The position numbers and the translations under genes are program-made. From assembly GCA_951406725.2 (NCBI GenBank), contig OX597828.1, forward strand, positions 31,558,001 through 31,622,000: 64,000 bases of DNA, written 5' to 3'. The stretch comes from Octopus vulgaris (lineage: Eukaryota). The notes under the pieces were generated by a model, which had not been told where the DNA came from, did no database searches, and saw nothing but the letters and a program-made list of their open reading frames with translations. Positions 1 to 14,321 of this stretch are shown one piece after another. How positions within the stretch are numbered: the first letter of the stretch is position 1; each line of letters begins with the position of its first letter.

Positions 1-520
1 GGTAGGAAATGTGCCACCGACGAGTATTGAGCAATCGCCGGTGGTAATTGTTCCACCGACGGTGAAAGTCCCTACCTCGTCCCCTGAAGAAAAATTACTT
101 GTCTTCTTTTACCGAGGCGGATAAGTGGAGAAGGTGTTGGAGAAGCACCATGAGGGAGCAATTATGACCTGCACACGGGATCACGAATAGCCTCCGCAGA
201 TATCCGTGGAGGCAATAAAGTTGCTCATGTTGCAAAGATGAAGAAGTTCAATGAGGAATATCGATTGTGGCCGGGTGGCCCCAACACGTTACCCTGCATT
301 GTACTTGAGTAAGGCGTGGGAAATGGCTCGCTATGTGGTCACAAGCGATATTGAAGCGATCTATAGGTAAGAGGTTGGAAAGCCTCGATATCGTAATCTG
401 ATAAGAGGTTTGAAACCTCATTCTGTTTTTTACCAATGTATTTCTTTGTGTTTTAACGAACAATTATGAACAATTGTAAGAGGTTTATTGCCTCATGTAT
501 GATAAATAAGCGAACAATGG
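1..520 (-). mobile_element. GC-richer decayed retroelement-like remnant (possibly Penelope-like N-terminal region), truncated by window edge
   Basis: Complex, GC-richer than flanks. The minus strand has a broken reading frame (KTQRNTLVKNRMRFQTSYQITISRLSNLLPIDRFNIACDHIASHF) with stops and frameshifts around it. No RT or endonuclease motif is visible, so the family is a guess. Confidence 0.25.
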
Positions 521-668
521 TTTCGGGAAACACTAATCGGTTGCCGTTGTCTGTTTCCCCCATTAATCATCATTTTCACTTTTAATCTCATATAACATTA
601 TGTCTGTGTCCAGCCCGCCGCTTCCTTCTTTCAATAGGTAAGGCCTTTATAGCAAATTTAATGAAATA

Positions 669-1022
669 AAGAAGATTGCTTCCCAACCACACGGTCTGGG
701 TTTCAGTACCACTGCATAGCACCGTGGGCAATTTTCTTCTACTATAGCTTGTGGCCGATCAAATCCTTCTGAGTAAATTTCGTAGACGGAAACTGAAAGA
801 AGCCCGTCGTGTGTGTTTGAGTCTGTATTTATCCGCAGAAACCTGCCGGCCAACCGGTGCTGACGTGTTTACGTTCTCGTAGCATAGTTATTCTGCAAAA
901 GAAAGAGATGAAGTAATTACAAGACGTTTAAAAATTAAGTAGCGGGGCCGACACATTGGACTAAAAATTATCCAGGGTGATGCCCCCGCATGGCTGCTTT
1001 CTAATGACTGAAACAAGTAAAA
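669..1022 (+). mobile_element. tRNA-derived SINE, family A (CORE-like), diverged copy
   Basis: Colinear with the intact copy at 47281-47713 (ttcccaaccac...gggcaa...gtagacggaaactgaaagaagcccgtcgt...gcatggc...aatgactgaaacaagtaaaa). Confidence 0.85.
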
Positions 1023-2683
1023 TATAAAATATATATTCCTTTCCTCATTAATTCGAACGAATTTCGAGATCCGGGGGCTCTTATTTCTTTCACCCAACAA
1101 ATTGAACGGTGCAGAAAGCGTCAACAAGTAAATGGCTGGAAATAACTCAGAGCACACTTATAGACTCATATTTAAATATGAGGAAACAAAGCAAAGGGAG
1201 TGTTTGATTTCTCTGAAAGAAAATAAAATCAGGTAATACGTAGAAAAATGTTTCATGTGGAATAATCTTCAATATTGTCCAATAAAAATTACAATGACAT
1301 CAGTAAACTCTTCAAAACCTTCTCTCGTCTGCAACTAGCATGAAACTGACTGTTCTTATTTGGGTAATTACAAAATCTTTTGAAAGCATTTCTACTGGGT
1401 TTTTTTTCAGTATGGAAAGCTATGCACATTCATTACACAATTCACCCACCTACAAAAGAAAACTATGTTAACATACTTTTTTTTGTTTGATAGTAATCCG
1501 TACAGGGTTCGGCAACTAAATTTCAGTGGTGATATCAAAGATATTTCTGTGCTTTAAAGAATTCAAGCATGAATTACAAACTATTATTGTTTGGCATATC
1601 TATGAGGTAGTTATGCCAAAACGGATTACTAAAGCAGAAGTAACTGCTTACTAAGGTTAACATATGTAAATGTAAATAGTTTACATTCTATCAATATTGT
1701 CGATTCGAGGATGATATTTTTTCAGCTTCCCGTATAAAATTTTAATCAACCTGAGTATGTTGATTGAGAAACGATAAGTAAATCAATATGCATTTTAACA
1801 TCTTAATCCGAACGAGGCAAACTTAGCAAAGAAATCTGTCGAATGAAGGAAAATGCTGCTCTTCTGCAATAGAAATAAAAGAGCTTTGAAAAGAGTGGTA
1901 TGAAAAGTTTTCTATGCATTTCCTTGGTTGGGCAAAAACAATATGGAGGTTGTATTACATCACTTGTTATTAAGCGCTAACGTGGAAACAAATTTGAGGG
2001 TAATAAAGAAGAAGGTTATAGAGAAAATTATTTGCAATATTTTTTTTACGGCTCTTTACAAGTAAGGCGAAGGTCAATTTATTTTGTATTTCATTATTTC
2101 GGACAAGAAATGGCAAAATATTAGTTAAATTAGTGCAGTCAATTGTATCAATGAAGCCTTTCCATTCAATATTTTTGTCCTTGCGCCGAAATTAGAGGCA
2201 ATTATTATAATTGTAATTTTTGTTCTTGTGGTACCTGATTTTTCGTCTTTTAGGGAGCCAGACTAATCTTCCACAGTTCCGAATCATTTAAAAGCAAGTG
2301 CACCGTACGTCAAATATCATACATCTTCATTTTCCCCAATGATTCCTGGGAGCTTGGTACTGAAGTGGGAACTTTTAAAGAAACCATTTTATTTAAAGTA
2401 TGGAAATTTTATATCACAAAATATAATGTATTTCATCATTGCAAATACGATAACATAGTTCCTTATTTGCAAATAATTCAGAAAAATAGTTTAGCGAAGA
2501 ACAACACATTCCAAGAATCGATGAATGATACACAAGGGTAGTTGAAGGAAGCAAAGAAAGATGGAAATTTTACCATAATTTCCAAATATATGTTTGTGTA
2601 AATGGTAACATTTTAGACATTTATTGGAAGCAGTCCAAAGTCTGTCACACAAAAACAAAAAAAAATATGTATATATATATATA

Positions 2684-2911
2684 TAGTTTAAAGTGTAGTA
2701 TAACAAACAAGTAATTTTGTAAGCAGTTCAAATAAAGTGGTGCCGTGTTATAATTAGTAAAATGCAAGTTAAATTAAGAAGGGCGAATTCATGAGTTCGA
2801 TATCACTAAGGTTAATTACAACCACTGTGCGGCTGTAACTCTAAGAATCAGGTTGAGAAATTCGAAAGCGTTAATACTTAAGACGTATGGTGGTTATGTT
2901 AGAAATTCAAT
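2684..2911 (+). repeat. ~225-bp direct repeat, copy 1 (copy 2 at 5896-6091)
   Basis: Shared blocks ttttgtaagcagttcaaataaagtggtgccgtgttataattagtaaaat, gaattcatgagttcgatatca, ggttgagaaa, cgaaagcgttaatacttaaga and atgttagaaattcaat. Confidence 0.9.
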
Positions 2912-2939
2912 AACGGATTAAAACAGATGAAATTCGTTT

Positions 2940-3116
2940 CCCCATCGTTAGCCACTACACGCATTTTTTCTCTGTTTTTTTCTGTGTCCCTTTCTGTAGA
3001 AGAGCGTAGGCTCGAAACGTAAAAGACTTTTTCTATTCCTGAGCGTTATACTAATACATCTGTTTGTTTTGTACACCACCTGTCTTCATCTTTTGTTTTT
3101 TTCGTAAACTCTCCCT
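2940..3116 (+). mobile_element. Short hammerhead-bearing element (Penelope pLTR/retrozyme-like), family H1
   Basis: 3014-3110 is homologous to the reverse complement of 35290-35375 (gaaacgtaaaagactttt..ctgagcgt..ctaataca..cacctgtcttc..ttgttttt). Ends at a TA run. Confidence 0.65.
2990..3025 (+). ncRNA. Minimal type I hammerhead ribozyme motif (core variant CUGUAGA)
   Basis: cttt-CTGTAGA-A-GAGC(gtag)GCTC-GAAAC-GTA-aaag. Stem I cttt/aaag, stem II GAGC/GCTC, palindromic ACGT stem III, GUA cleavage triplet. A6 is replaced by U. Confidence 0.6.
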
Positions 3117-4130
3117 ATATATATTGTTGTTGTAGAAGGATCAGTGCAAGAATTTCCCTTTTAAGAGAACTTTCTTGAACAGAAACTCATTGCTACACAG
3201 GACCTCACATTCAGTGTTCAAACAGTTCCACTGACCCGTAACCCTCAACACTTACTCTGCTTTTGCCGATTTCGAAACAGTAAAAATGCGAAGCTGTCTG
3301 CATAATGATTGGAACACAGACTATAGAGTAATAGCAAACAAGATACCACCAAACATTTTATCCAACGCTACACACCCCAACACACCAAATTTCTGCCTAT
3401 TCTCGTATGCTTTCGAAAACTCTTTGTCTTCTGTTTTTTTTTATTTTTTTATTTTTTACATTACTTTTATATGTCTTTGTGTACATTTAGGAATCTTGTA
3501 GACTGAAATAGGTTTCAATATATTTTCTATATATTTTCTTCTTTCATTAATTTCTACAGCTTCAACTTTTTACTATATTTCATATTATCAATTTTAGCAT
3601 AGTATTTGACACAAATCCAATATTCATAGAAAACTATTTCTTACCTCCGTATACTAATTTGCATATTTTTATCATACCGGTCATTTCCTTAGAATTATTT
3701 AAGGTGTTTATTAATTTCCCAGTCTATTTTTTGTATATGTCTTCGTTTTAGATAATACAATATGCATTTCTTATATTTGTATACACGCGTTTATATTTTT
3801 ATGCATGTACACTTTATAATTATTTGAATGCCTGCCTCTATAATTTTTAATTTAATTTCTGTCCATTGCTATTTTATATTTTCATTTTTCCTCTTTTAAA
3901 AATATTTTTATGTTCCATTCATTTCATTCTCGACATATTCGTTTGAACTCAGCTTTTACAACGGCCGTCACACGTTCGTCGTTTTACACTATATGCACTC
4001 ACTACGCAGATAATTGCTTCTATATGCTAAGAGTGCGTTCATTTCATGGCAATATCTATAATAATTTCCGTAATTAATCGCCATTCTCGGAAGTAAATAA
4101 ATCATATTTCAATTGGATTCTAATGTAGCG

Positions 4131-4216
<86 letters not shown>

Positions 4217-4670
4217 GTGTGTGTGTGTGCGTATGGCAAACATTTACGATTAGCCTGTTCCTCTCCTCTCTCTGTTTAATTTATTTTATCCTTATTTTCA
4301 TTTTTTCGTTTCCCCTCACACTCATTCTACATATCTTCTTCACAATATCTAGTGCGCTTCGATAACGTCATATTAAAATCCTAGCGTTCCTCTTCGTCTG
4401 CAAGTATTTTGTGAATGAATAATAACGTATATATGCTTAAGTAAATGTGTACATATGTATACCATTGTGCTTTTCTGTCGATGTAAATGGCCGCTTGTTT
4501 ATATGCATAAGTATGTGATCGTAAACGTATACTTTAGCATATTTATGTTTCTATGTTGTTGCCGCTAGAATATGTACGAGTAAATGTATAAATATAGATG
4601 GATATGTCGGTGAGTATATTTCAGCTTATATATGTATGTAATTGAATATATATGCATGCGTGTTTGTGTT

Positions 4671-4710
<40 letters not shown>

Positions 4711-4714
<4 letters not shown>

Positions 4715-5401
4715 GGTGAGTCAAAAAGTTATGCCATTTCGTTTAGGACAGGTATAATTACCAACACAGGAACATGTATCATACATCAAAATGAAGCTGG
4801 CCCTCTTTGGATCACATCCCTACTGCTCAACATAATCACCGTTTCTCCTCAATACCAATGTTCCAACTTCGAATGAGTGCCTGTAAACTTGCCCTGTAAA
4901 ATTCTGTTGACTGTTCTTTGAGCCACTTCTGCACTACAGTTTTCAGTTCCTGGTCACGAGAATAATGTTTGCCTCTCAGACCCTTTTCCATGGGGCTTAA
5001 AAGATGATAGTCTGAAGGCGTTAAATCTGGTGGTTTGCTTTCTTGGCAGGATTCACAGAAGCGGACAACCGGCCAGAACGGTGTTTATCGGCTACACTCA
5101 CAGTTCCCACATTTTCATCTTTCAGACGACGGACCCACTTGCATACGTTGCTCTAAAAGATATTTTGTAATTGTCGGCGAATGTTCACAGGGGTTTCCTC
5201 CTCAGCAACAAGAAATTCAATCACTGCAATTTGTTTTTGACATAACTGTAAGGGGGCAGCCATTTTCAATTTTCCATACCAGTCTAAAATCTGAAAGGTA
5301 AGAAACAAAATATTTCAGAACATAAATGATATAAACACTTACAACTGGGAAGATTTTCAGTTATGTTTATGAAAATGCCATTACTTTTTGACTCACCCTC
5401 C
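4711..5401 (-). mobile_element. Internally deleted mariner (D,D34D-type) DNA transposon, non-autonomous
   Basis: TIRs gagggtgagtcaaaaagt(t/a)atg at both ends with TA flanks. The minus strand encodes N-terminal MAAPLQLCQKQIAVIEFLVAEEETPVNIRRQL..KWVRRLKD..DKHRSGR, fused near 5031 to C-terminal PDLTPSDYHLLSPMEKGLRGKHYSRDQELKTVVQKWLKEQSTEFY..GDYVEQ* (mariner YSPDLAPSDY motif). Confidence 0.92.
4820..5263 (-). pseudogene. mariner transposase pseudogene (central catalytic region deleted; stop and frameshifts)
   Basis: ATG at 5263, terminal TAG at 4820-4822, internal TAG, and an out-of-frame deletion junction. Confidence 0.85.
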
Positions 5402-5403
5402 TA

Positions 5404-5895
<492 letters not shown>

Positions 5896-5897
<2 letters not shown>

Positions 5898-6091
5898 GAT
5901 TCAAATGTAGTATAAAAACAAGTCATTTTGTAAGCAGTTCAAATAAAGTGGTGCCGTGTTATAATTAGTAAAATCAAGTTGAATTCATGAGTTCGATATC
6001 AATACGGTTAATTACAACAACCGTGCGACTGGTTGAGAAATACGAAAGCGTTAATACTTAAGATGTATGGTGATCATGTTAGAAATTCAAT
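5896..6091 (+). repeat. ~195-bp direct repeat, copy 2 (two internal deletions relative to copy 1)
   Basis: Aligns to 2684-2911 but lacks aaattaagaagggc and gtaactctaagaatca. Confidence 0.9.
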
Positions 6092-6396
6092 ATATATATA
6101 CACACACATACACAAAAACTATACGTATGTGTATGTATATTAATGCGTGTCTATGAATATGTGTTTGTATACGTTTGTGTTCTTTAGTAGGTATGTAATG
6201 CGTGTGTGTAAGTGTGTGTGTGTGTGTGTGAATAAATGTAAATATGTTACATTTTACAGGACTTTCTATTTCTGTCAACATGTCTGTTTGATGGGTTTGT
6301 TATTTATATCCTTCCCGATGAGATTGATGCATTGCTAACCAAAATTTATCGTATCGGACAATGTGGAGTGCATCCGTCCAAACACATATATAGATA

Positions 6397-6530
6397 TATG
6401 GTTCCTGGTTCAGTCCCACCGCGTGGTACCTTGGGCAAGTGCCTTTTTACTATAGCTCGGGCCGACCGAAGCCTTGTGAGTGCATTTGGTACACGAAAGC
6501 TGAAAGAAGACCGTCGTATATATATATGAC

Positions 6531-6573
<43 letters not shown>

Positions 6574-6730
6574 TGCCCCAACATCGCTTGACAACCGATG
6601 TTGGTGTATTTATGTTCCCTGTAACTTAGCGGCGTGTCAAAAGAGACCGATTGGATAATTACCAAGCTTACAAAACATGACGGTGCTCAATCATGGCCGC
6701 AGTCAAATGACTGAAACAAATAAAAGACTA
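6397..6730 (+). mobile_element. SINE family A, 5'-truncated
   Basis: ggttcagtccc B-box, accttgggcaagtg core, internal (TA)n, 3' catggccgcagtcaaatgactgaaac. Confidence 0.88.
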
Positions 6731-7561
6731 AAGAAAAATATTATGTATATATGTATGTATATAATGTGCGTTGTATGTATGAATGTGTCTTTGTTTGCAA
6801 GTACTTATTTACACACGTGTGTGTGTGAGTTAGCGATATTTTGCCTATTCACTGATAAAGAACATTGTTTCTATTAGTAATGATCCAGGATTTCACAGTA
6901 TCTACGTTGTTTTACACGATGTATTCCAACATATTAACCGGTGGGAAATTGCAAGATGTGAAAGTTACTCTTGGGTTCCGACTCAAATTGTCGTAGCGGT
7001 CATCCTTTTTCTTGTCATCTCTTCGGATGCATTATACAAAGTTGAGCATTTCGGGAAGGCTTACAAGTTATCTTCGACTACCTGCTTCCGTCCTGACATC
7101 ACATCTCATTGGCAGTCTACTTTGAAAAATTAATCCGTCTCCTTGTTAAACATTTATATTCCGGTGACAGGTAGCATAAATGGGGTCCACATTACCCAAA
7201 CATTCATTTCCGGTCTTTGAGTATGGTCCCCCTCCCTGAAATTCTTCTCTTCGAATCTAAAAACGAGTATACGTTCTCCATATTTCGTACTAACAGATCG
7301 ATATAGAACGTACAGTTTATAATATGACAATTATATATTATTAATAACAATATTTTTCTATTCTACATAATAATGTGGCTTGATTTTTACCCATGTTTTC
7401 TATTGGGAAATAAGCTGATGTTATTTTTTTGCAATCAGTCATTATTATTCGTTACAATATATTTTTACATAGCTTGCTAAGACTGAGTAATTTGCCCTTA
7501 TCCATCAGATGTATATTCAAATTTGGCTTTAAGTGATCCCGTTATTTCTGCTTATATATTG

Positions 7562-7733
7562 CTTTAACATTTTGGCACAAAGCCAGTAATTTCACAGATA
7601 TATTCAATTATATCGACGCCATATGCAACTGGTAAATATTTAATCGACACCGAAATGATGACAGGCAAAGTGAACCGCGGCAGATGCGTGACAGATGCAA
7701 TACAGGTGGAATGCTAACGATTGTGCCGGCTTA
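7562..7733 (-). mobile_element. SINE family B, highly diverged
   Basis: ttttggcacaaagccagtaattt...atcgac..ccgaaa.gatga.aggcaaagt matches the family B copies at 39620 and 63523. Confidence 0.7.
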
Positions 7734-8934
7734 CTGATATGCTCATATTTTTGTTTTAAAGCCCCGAGGCAGCCATTTAATCTTTTTGTTATATTTTCCA
7801 TTATTTCAGTTATTTGATTTTGTTGGAATTATATCTCTTGCTCTTGTTTTGGTTGCATCTGTTAGTAACTGCAATAACTTTCTGCAGTATCGAAGTATTT
7901 TCCAAAGACATAATATTTTATTACATTGGGCAAATAATTTTAAAAGGATCTGTAGAAGAGTATGGCTTATTGTATTGATTCACATTATATTGTGGGTTCA
8001 TTTCTTTGTTATCGTTCATAATAGAAATACAACATTTCAAATCGATATCCGAATGACAGCTGCTTATATAACTTACTCCATAATGAAGTGATTTTGTTTC
8101 ATCACAACAGAAATGCTCTCTGGCAAGTGACCATGGATCAACTAAAAGTGTCTAAGAGGTATTTGGTTAGAAACTCAGCAGGAAAATGTACGGAACGGAT
8201 ATTTACAATTATTGTTTGGTAGATTTAATACATCGTCCGGTTGACATTATCATTAATAATCCATTGGGCGATTTTAACCCCGTTCTCTGACGTTTTGGCG
8301 CAAGCATTCAGAGCAGGTGCTCGACAAACAAAACTTCCTCGTTCCGTGCTGCGTTAGAGATTTCAAAACATATTATCTTTGTTGTGTATCGTCGACTTAA
8401 TCAATTTAAAGCAAAATAACAATTAAAGGAAATACAAGAAACAAATGAGTATATCAGTAGGATTACTATGTGTGTAGAAGATATTCTAGGAAGAGTAGAC
8501 AAATTTACTCGCAGACAAACTCTATACATTTTCAAGGCAAGTCTGCCAGGAGAATATGCCTGAATGTAATTTAATTCCTTCGACGAGTATATTTTCTTGA
8601 TCTAGATCCAAGCAATTGGAAAATGTATCGTCTCTAATGAATTTTGTTCCATAGATGTGTGTAGACCGCACAGTTCACATCTTTGTACTATAATCTTCAA
8701 ATCACATGTCAATGCCTTGAAGAAAAAATATATATTGTATAAAGTATACCACGCTAATTCAGGGGCGAACATAAATTTCCTTATAATGAACTTCCTTGTA
8801 AGCAATTCGCTAGCAGGGCAACAATAAACCTGAATTAGCAATTGACTTGGGTTGTACATGTAATTGAAGAGAGTTGTTACGCTTCTACACACCAATTTAA
8901 AGTCAAATTAATTTCATAGCCTACGTCATCACTT

Positions 8935-9062
8935 ACATCCACTGACAAGGTATCGTATCGGTTTGAGCAGAAAATAGTTGCGCATGGTGTGAAGTAGTGA
9001 CATTGAACCTGAAACCATGTGCTTAGGAAGCAAACATCTAACTACACAGCCACCCCTGCACC
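8935..9062 (-). mobile_element. SINE family A 5' half, diverged
   Basis: gaacctgaaaccatgtgcttaggaagcaaacatctaactacacagccacccctgc is the reverse complement of the family A tRNA head. Confidence 0.7.
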
Positions 9063-9460
9063 TATGTCTGTATATATGTAGATATATATATATATATGTG
9101 TGTGTGTGTATCTGTGTGTCTGTGTGCGTACTTGTGTGTGTTTGTGAGTCTGTGTGTGTGTGTGTCTGTGTGCGTGCGAGTGTGTTGTTGACTAGGTTAT
9201 AGTTTCGACAAAAACAAGATTCCTTTGACTAAAATTTCTACAAGGCGATGCTCCAGCGTGGGAGAAAATAAAGGAATCGAGAGTATATGTATATATATTT
9301 ATATAAATGTATGTATATAATTTTGTGTATGTTTGACAAATGACACCAGCATCGGTTGTCAAGCAATGCTAGTGGGCAAACACAGATAGACAAACATAAA
9401 CACACACACACACATATAAATATACATATATATGTATATATGTATATATATATATATTTA

Positions 9461-9563
<103 letters not shown>

Positions 9564-9959
9564 GTATATATATATATATATATACATATATGCATATATA
9601 TGTATATATATATATATATGTGTATATATATATATAGATATATATATGTGTGCATGTATATGTGTATAAATATATATTTATCTATATGCATGCGTATAAA
9701 TATATGTGGTTTTATATCACATATTATATATATGTTTGAATATATATGTGTGTAAATCTACCTCTCTGTCTATCTTTCTCACACTCTCCCTCTCTCTCTC
9801 TCTCACACACTCTCTCTCTCATTACATAGGTTTTATATTTATGAGGTGTGAATATATGCGTATTTTTGCTTAAAAACCCCAATGCATAAGAATGGAAATA
9901 TATGTCGATGTTAATACACTCCTACCTAAAAGAGAAGGGCACAGACAAACGCATACAAA

Positions 9960-9968
9960 GCACACACA

Positions 9969-10037
<69 letters not shown>

Positions 10038-10094
10038 CCAGTGGTAGAGTGGGAGGGAGCGATATATAGATAGATAGATAGATAGATAGATAGC

Positions 10095-10130
<36 letters not shown>

Positions 10131-10205
10131 GAGATAGATGGGTAGATGGGTAGATAGATAAATAGATAGATAGATAGATAGAGCGATAGATGGGTAGATG
10201 GGTAA

Positions 10206-10257
<52 letters not shown>

Positions 10258-10278
10258 ATAGATAAATGGGCAGATAGG

Positions 10279-10355
<77 letters not shown>

Positions 10356-10400
10356 TGGTAGAGGGGTAGATATGTAGATTGATTGATTCATAGAAAAATA
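9960..10400. repeat. (CA)n-(TA)n-(GATA)n compound microsatellite
   Basis: Direct reading. Confidence 0.95.
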
Positions 10401-10589
10401 GATTGATAGACAGACAAGCAAGTACTGAACACGTCCACCTTCGGTGTTAAACGATATACATGAGGAGCAGTTAATTAAGAGCTTTTTCAACAGTTTCGCC
10501 TCTCCAGTTTTTCTCAGCCTTGTAAAAGAACTCTAAATGTTGGAACTCCAGCTTGGTATAAATGTATTATATATGGAATTGAAATACGG

Positions 10590-10798
10590 ATTTCAAATTT
10601 TGGCACGAGTCAAGTAATTTCTGAGGAGGTTGTAAGTCGATTGCATCGTCTCCAGCTCCTAGCTGATACTTAGTAGATCGACCCCGAAAGGATGTAAAGT
10701 AAAGTCGATCGCGGAAGAATTTGATCTCAGAACATTATTAGGGGCGAAATGCCGCTAAGCAATTTTTTCCGCCGTACTAACGATTCTGCCAGCTCATC
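10590..10798 (-). mobile_element. SINE family B (short-tail variant)
   Basis: gatcgaccccgaaaggatg.aaag.aaagtcga...gaatttga.ctcagaac...gaaatgccgctaagca...ctaacgattctgccagctc. Confidence 0.85.
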
Positions 10799-11005
10799 TC
10801 TTCATGCAAGTCAAATGTTGATGAACAGACATGCTATTATATGCTGTGTCTTCGTATGTTGTCGCTTCTATAAACCCTTTTTCTGGAATCATGTGTGCGT
10901 GTGTGTGAGTCTCACAATTTCTCTTTCTTTCTTTCTCGGTCACTGACTCTCTCACATCTGAACACACACACACAGACACACACACATGACATCACGTTTC
11001 TATGT

Positions 11006-11052
<47 letters not shown>

Positions 11053-11090
11053 CATGCATTTATATATATGTATATATATATAGGCATGTG

Positions 11091-11121
<31 letters not shown>

Positions 11122-11487
11122 ATATATATATATATATACACATATATATACATATGTATACATATATATATTCATGCATATATGAACATGCATATATGAA
11201 CATTAATATATGTATGCATGTATACATATATATGTATATATATATATATATAATATGTATATATATATATGTGTGTGCGTGTGCGTGTGTGCGTGTGTGT
11301 GTATAAATATATATATATAGGTGTCCAGACATGTATGTACTTTAATATATGTATGTATATAGGCGTTAAATTAGCTTCATTAAAGGATGGTATTAACCAA
11401 CGTATTACCGGTATAATACCTAATGTTTGTTCTGAATAGTAATAATCATAAAACCACAAGTTTACGTATATATACATACATACATAC

Positions 11488-11536
<49 letters not shown>

Positions 11537-11590
11537 GGTGCCCCAGCATGGCCACAGCTCATTAGCTGAAACTGGAAAAATCAAATCAAA

Positions 11591-11648
<58 letters not shown>

Positions 11649-12730
11649 CTTACATACTTACATACATACATATACACGTATACTCACACAGACACACACA
11701 GGCACACACACACACACACACAAACACACACATAGATATATGGATAAAAATTGAGAAAACTCACACAACAAAACCCCAACTGTGTTTCTCGCAGCTTATT
11801 AAAAATGAAACATAAATCTTTTAATACATTTTTCATAATTCCTTAATTCATATACGACCCTTGCACACACAAACACAGACACACGCATATGCATTCATTG
11901 ACAAATTTCTCCAGACACACATAAACTCACGCACGCATACGCACACACACACACGTCCGCGCGCATGTATAATGTGTTCATTTCTTCAACATCCCGGTGT
12001 TTCACTTTTCACCTGTAATAGTAATTGTTATTGCTTTGCACTTTCTTAGACATACTATTCCGTCTGTTCGTGATATTGTTTACGTAAATTGCTTTCCCTT
12101 CGTTATCCCCTCTCTCTCTCTCTCTCTCCGTTTATCTCACACCCTCGCTATTTCTTCCTCCTCCTCCTCCTCCTCCTCTCTCTCTCCCTCCCTCAGATTT
12201 TCCTGCTTATTTGAATCTATATGTCATGTTCGCTGATAATATATATTGTTAAGATGAAGTATTGCATGTCCATTTCTTTTATTATCATTACCTATGCAAC
12301 CCTTCATTCGTTCTTCCCTTCTACACGTGAGTTAGCTTGGAATTCTTCTAGTCGTGCTCAAAGCCGGAACAATAACTGTTTATTTATTTCAACAACCCCT
12401 TCAACGTCTGTTTTTCACACCTTCTCTCTAAATTTTCTTAGATATCAAGAGTTATTCTTGGCTTTTTATCAAAATCACACTTCGCCTGACAGCTCTCCAC
12501 TTCTCTCAACCTAACTTCTATTTCCTCTATCTCTTTTCTTTCTTCCTCTTTCCTCTTTCCTATTCTCGTTATTGTCCTTGTACGTTTTGAATCTGACACT
12601 TTCTATGAAATATCTAACTCTCAATTTACTCCTCGAAAATAAGTTATCCCTTAATTCATAACTATGTGTGCCTTTTAATGTCTCTATTCCATGCAGTCTC
12701 AACTCCAACACATCGAAATGACATGGATAC

Positions 12731-12844
<114 letters not shown>

Positions 12845-13217
12845 ATCAACAAATGCGAAAATGAACATATAACTACAGATTTTCAACTGTAATATTTTTT
12901 AAATAATCGTCGTTGAAATATCATCAGTACTTACGTACATGCAAGCATTTTCTTTTTGTAATATCAGTATTTGTTGGTATGTGCATGCGATTCTACGAAG
13001 CTAATGTGTGTTAGTGAGACAGATACACGTACATATATGTATTCATGTATGTACACATACCTAATACACATTAACAACATGCGTCTGTGTGTGTAAACAC
13101 ACACATACACATACACGCACACATATACATATATATACATATACATACATATATATATATATATATATATTGTATTATATCATATAGATACATAGATGGA
13201 GTGACAGATAGATAGAC

Positions 13218-13256
<39 letters not shown>

Positions 13257-13273
13257 TAGATAGGTAGATAGAG

Positions 13274-13318
<45 letters not shown>

Positions 13319-13325
13319 CATAGAC

Positions 13326-13364
<39 letters not shown>

Positions 13365-13403
13365 TAGGTAGATAGATAGATAGATAGATAGATATATATA
13401 TAT

Positions 13404-13438
<35 letters not shown>

Positions 13439-14240
13439 TATAGATAGATAAATAGATAGATAGATAGATAGGTATATGTTGTGCCCAGCTGCCCACCTTA
13501 ATATTATTTGAAATCAGAACTTGAGCTCGAACGAAATGCGTGGTAACGATTCTGCCATCTCGCCTTGCACGCTCGCACACACGCACATTCGCGTGTGTGA
13601 GTATTTGTGTGTATGTGTGTACGCGCGCGTGCGTATGTGTGTGTAGACAGAAAGTGAAAAAGAGAGAGGGTAAGTGAAAGAGAGAGATAGAGGAAATTAC
13701 TTAAGCGGGAAAGAGATAACTTATAAGGTGAAACAGGGGTCTAAGGTAGGAACAATTTGGTTTAGCAACCCTGCGGTTTTGAGATCTATCCCATAGCGTA
13801 GCTACTTCCGCAAGTCTGTTCTATTATATACCCGGTCCGACCAATGAATTTCTGAGATAGTGACTGTGTAGCACCCCGTGGAGTATGTACGTACACACAC
13901 ACACACATACGCACGCACAGACGCAAACACATACATATATCCCTCCTCTGTGCATGTGTATAGTTGTGTCTTTTTAGCCAAATACTTCTAAGAGGTAATG
14001 TTTAATTTTTTTTATTAACTTTACACACGATGTATAATTCGATGTTTGTGCATATACGAATAGCATAAGTATGCGATGTATATACGTATATAAATATATA
14101 TATATGCAAGCACGCGCGCGTGTGTGTGTAAATATGATGCATATATCGGTAATGTATACTGTATACATAGGCATATGTCCCTGTGTGTGTACGTACGGAT
14201 AAATAACATTTATTATTGTACATGTATATATACACACAAG

Positions 14241-14321
<81 letters not shown>

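Noticed and set aside
7155-7330. Minus-strand frame YKLYVLYRSVSTKYGERILVF, reminiscent of TKYG motifs in some viral/Polinton proteins
   Set aside because: About 58 codons, no start or splice support and no neighbouring related genes; likely chance.
7800-8340. Minus-strand partly open frames (LVDPWSLAREHFCCDETKSLHYG...)
   Set aside because: Could be a very old TE remnant, but I recognise no diagnostic motif.
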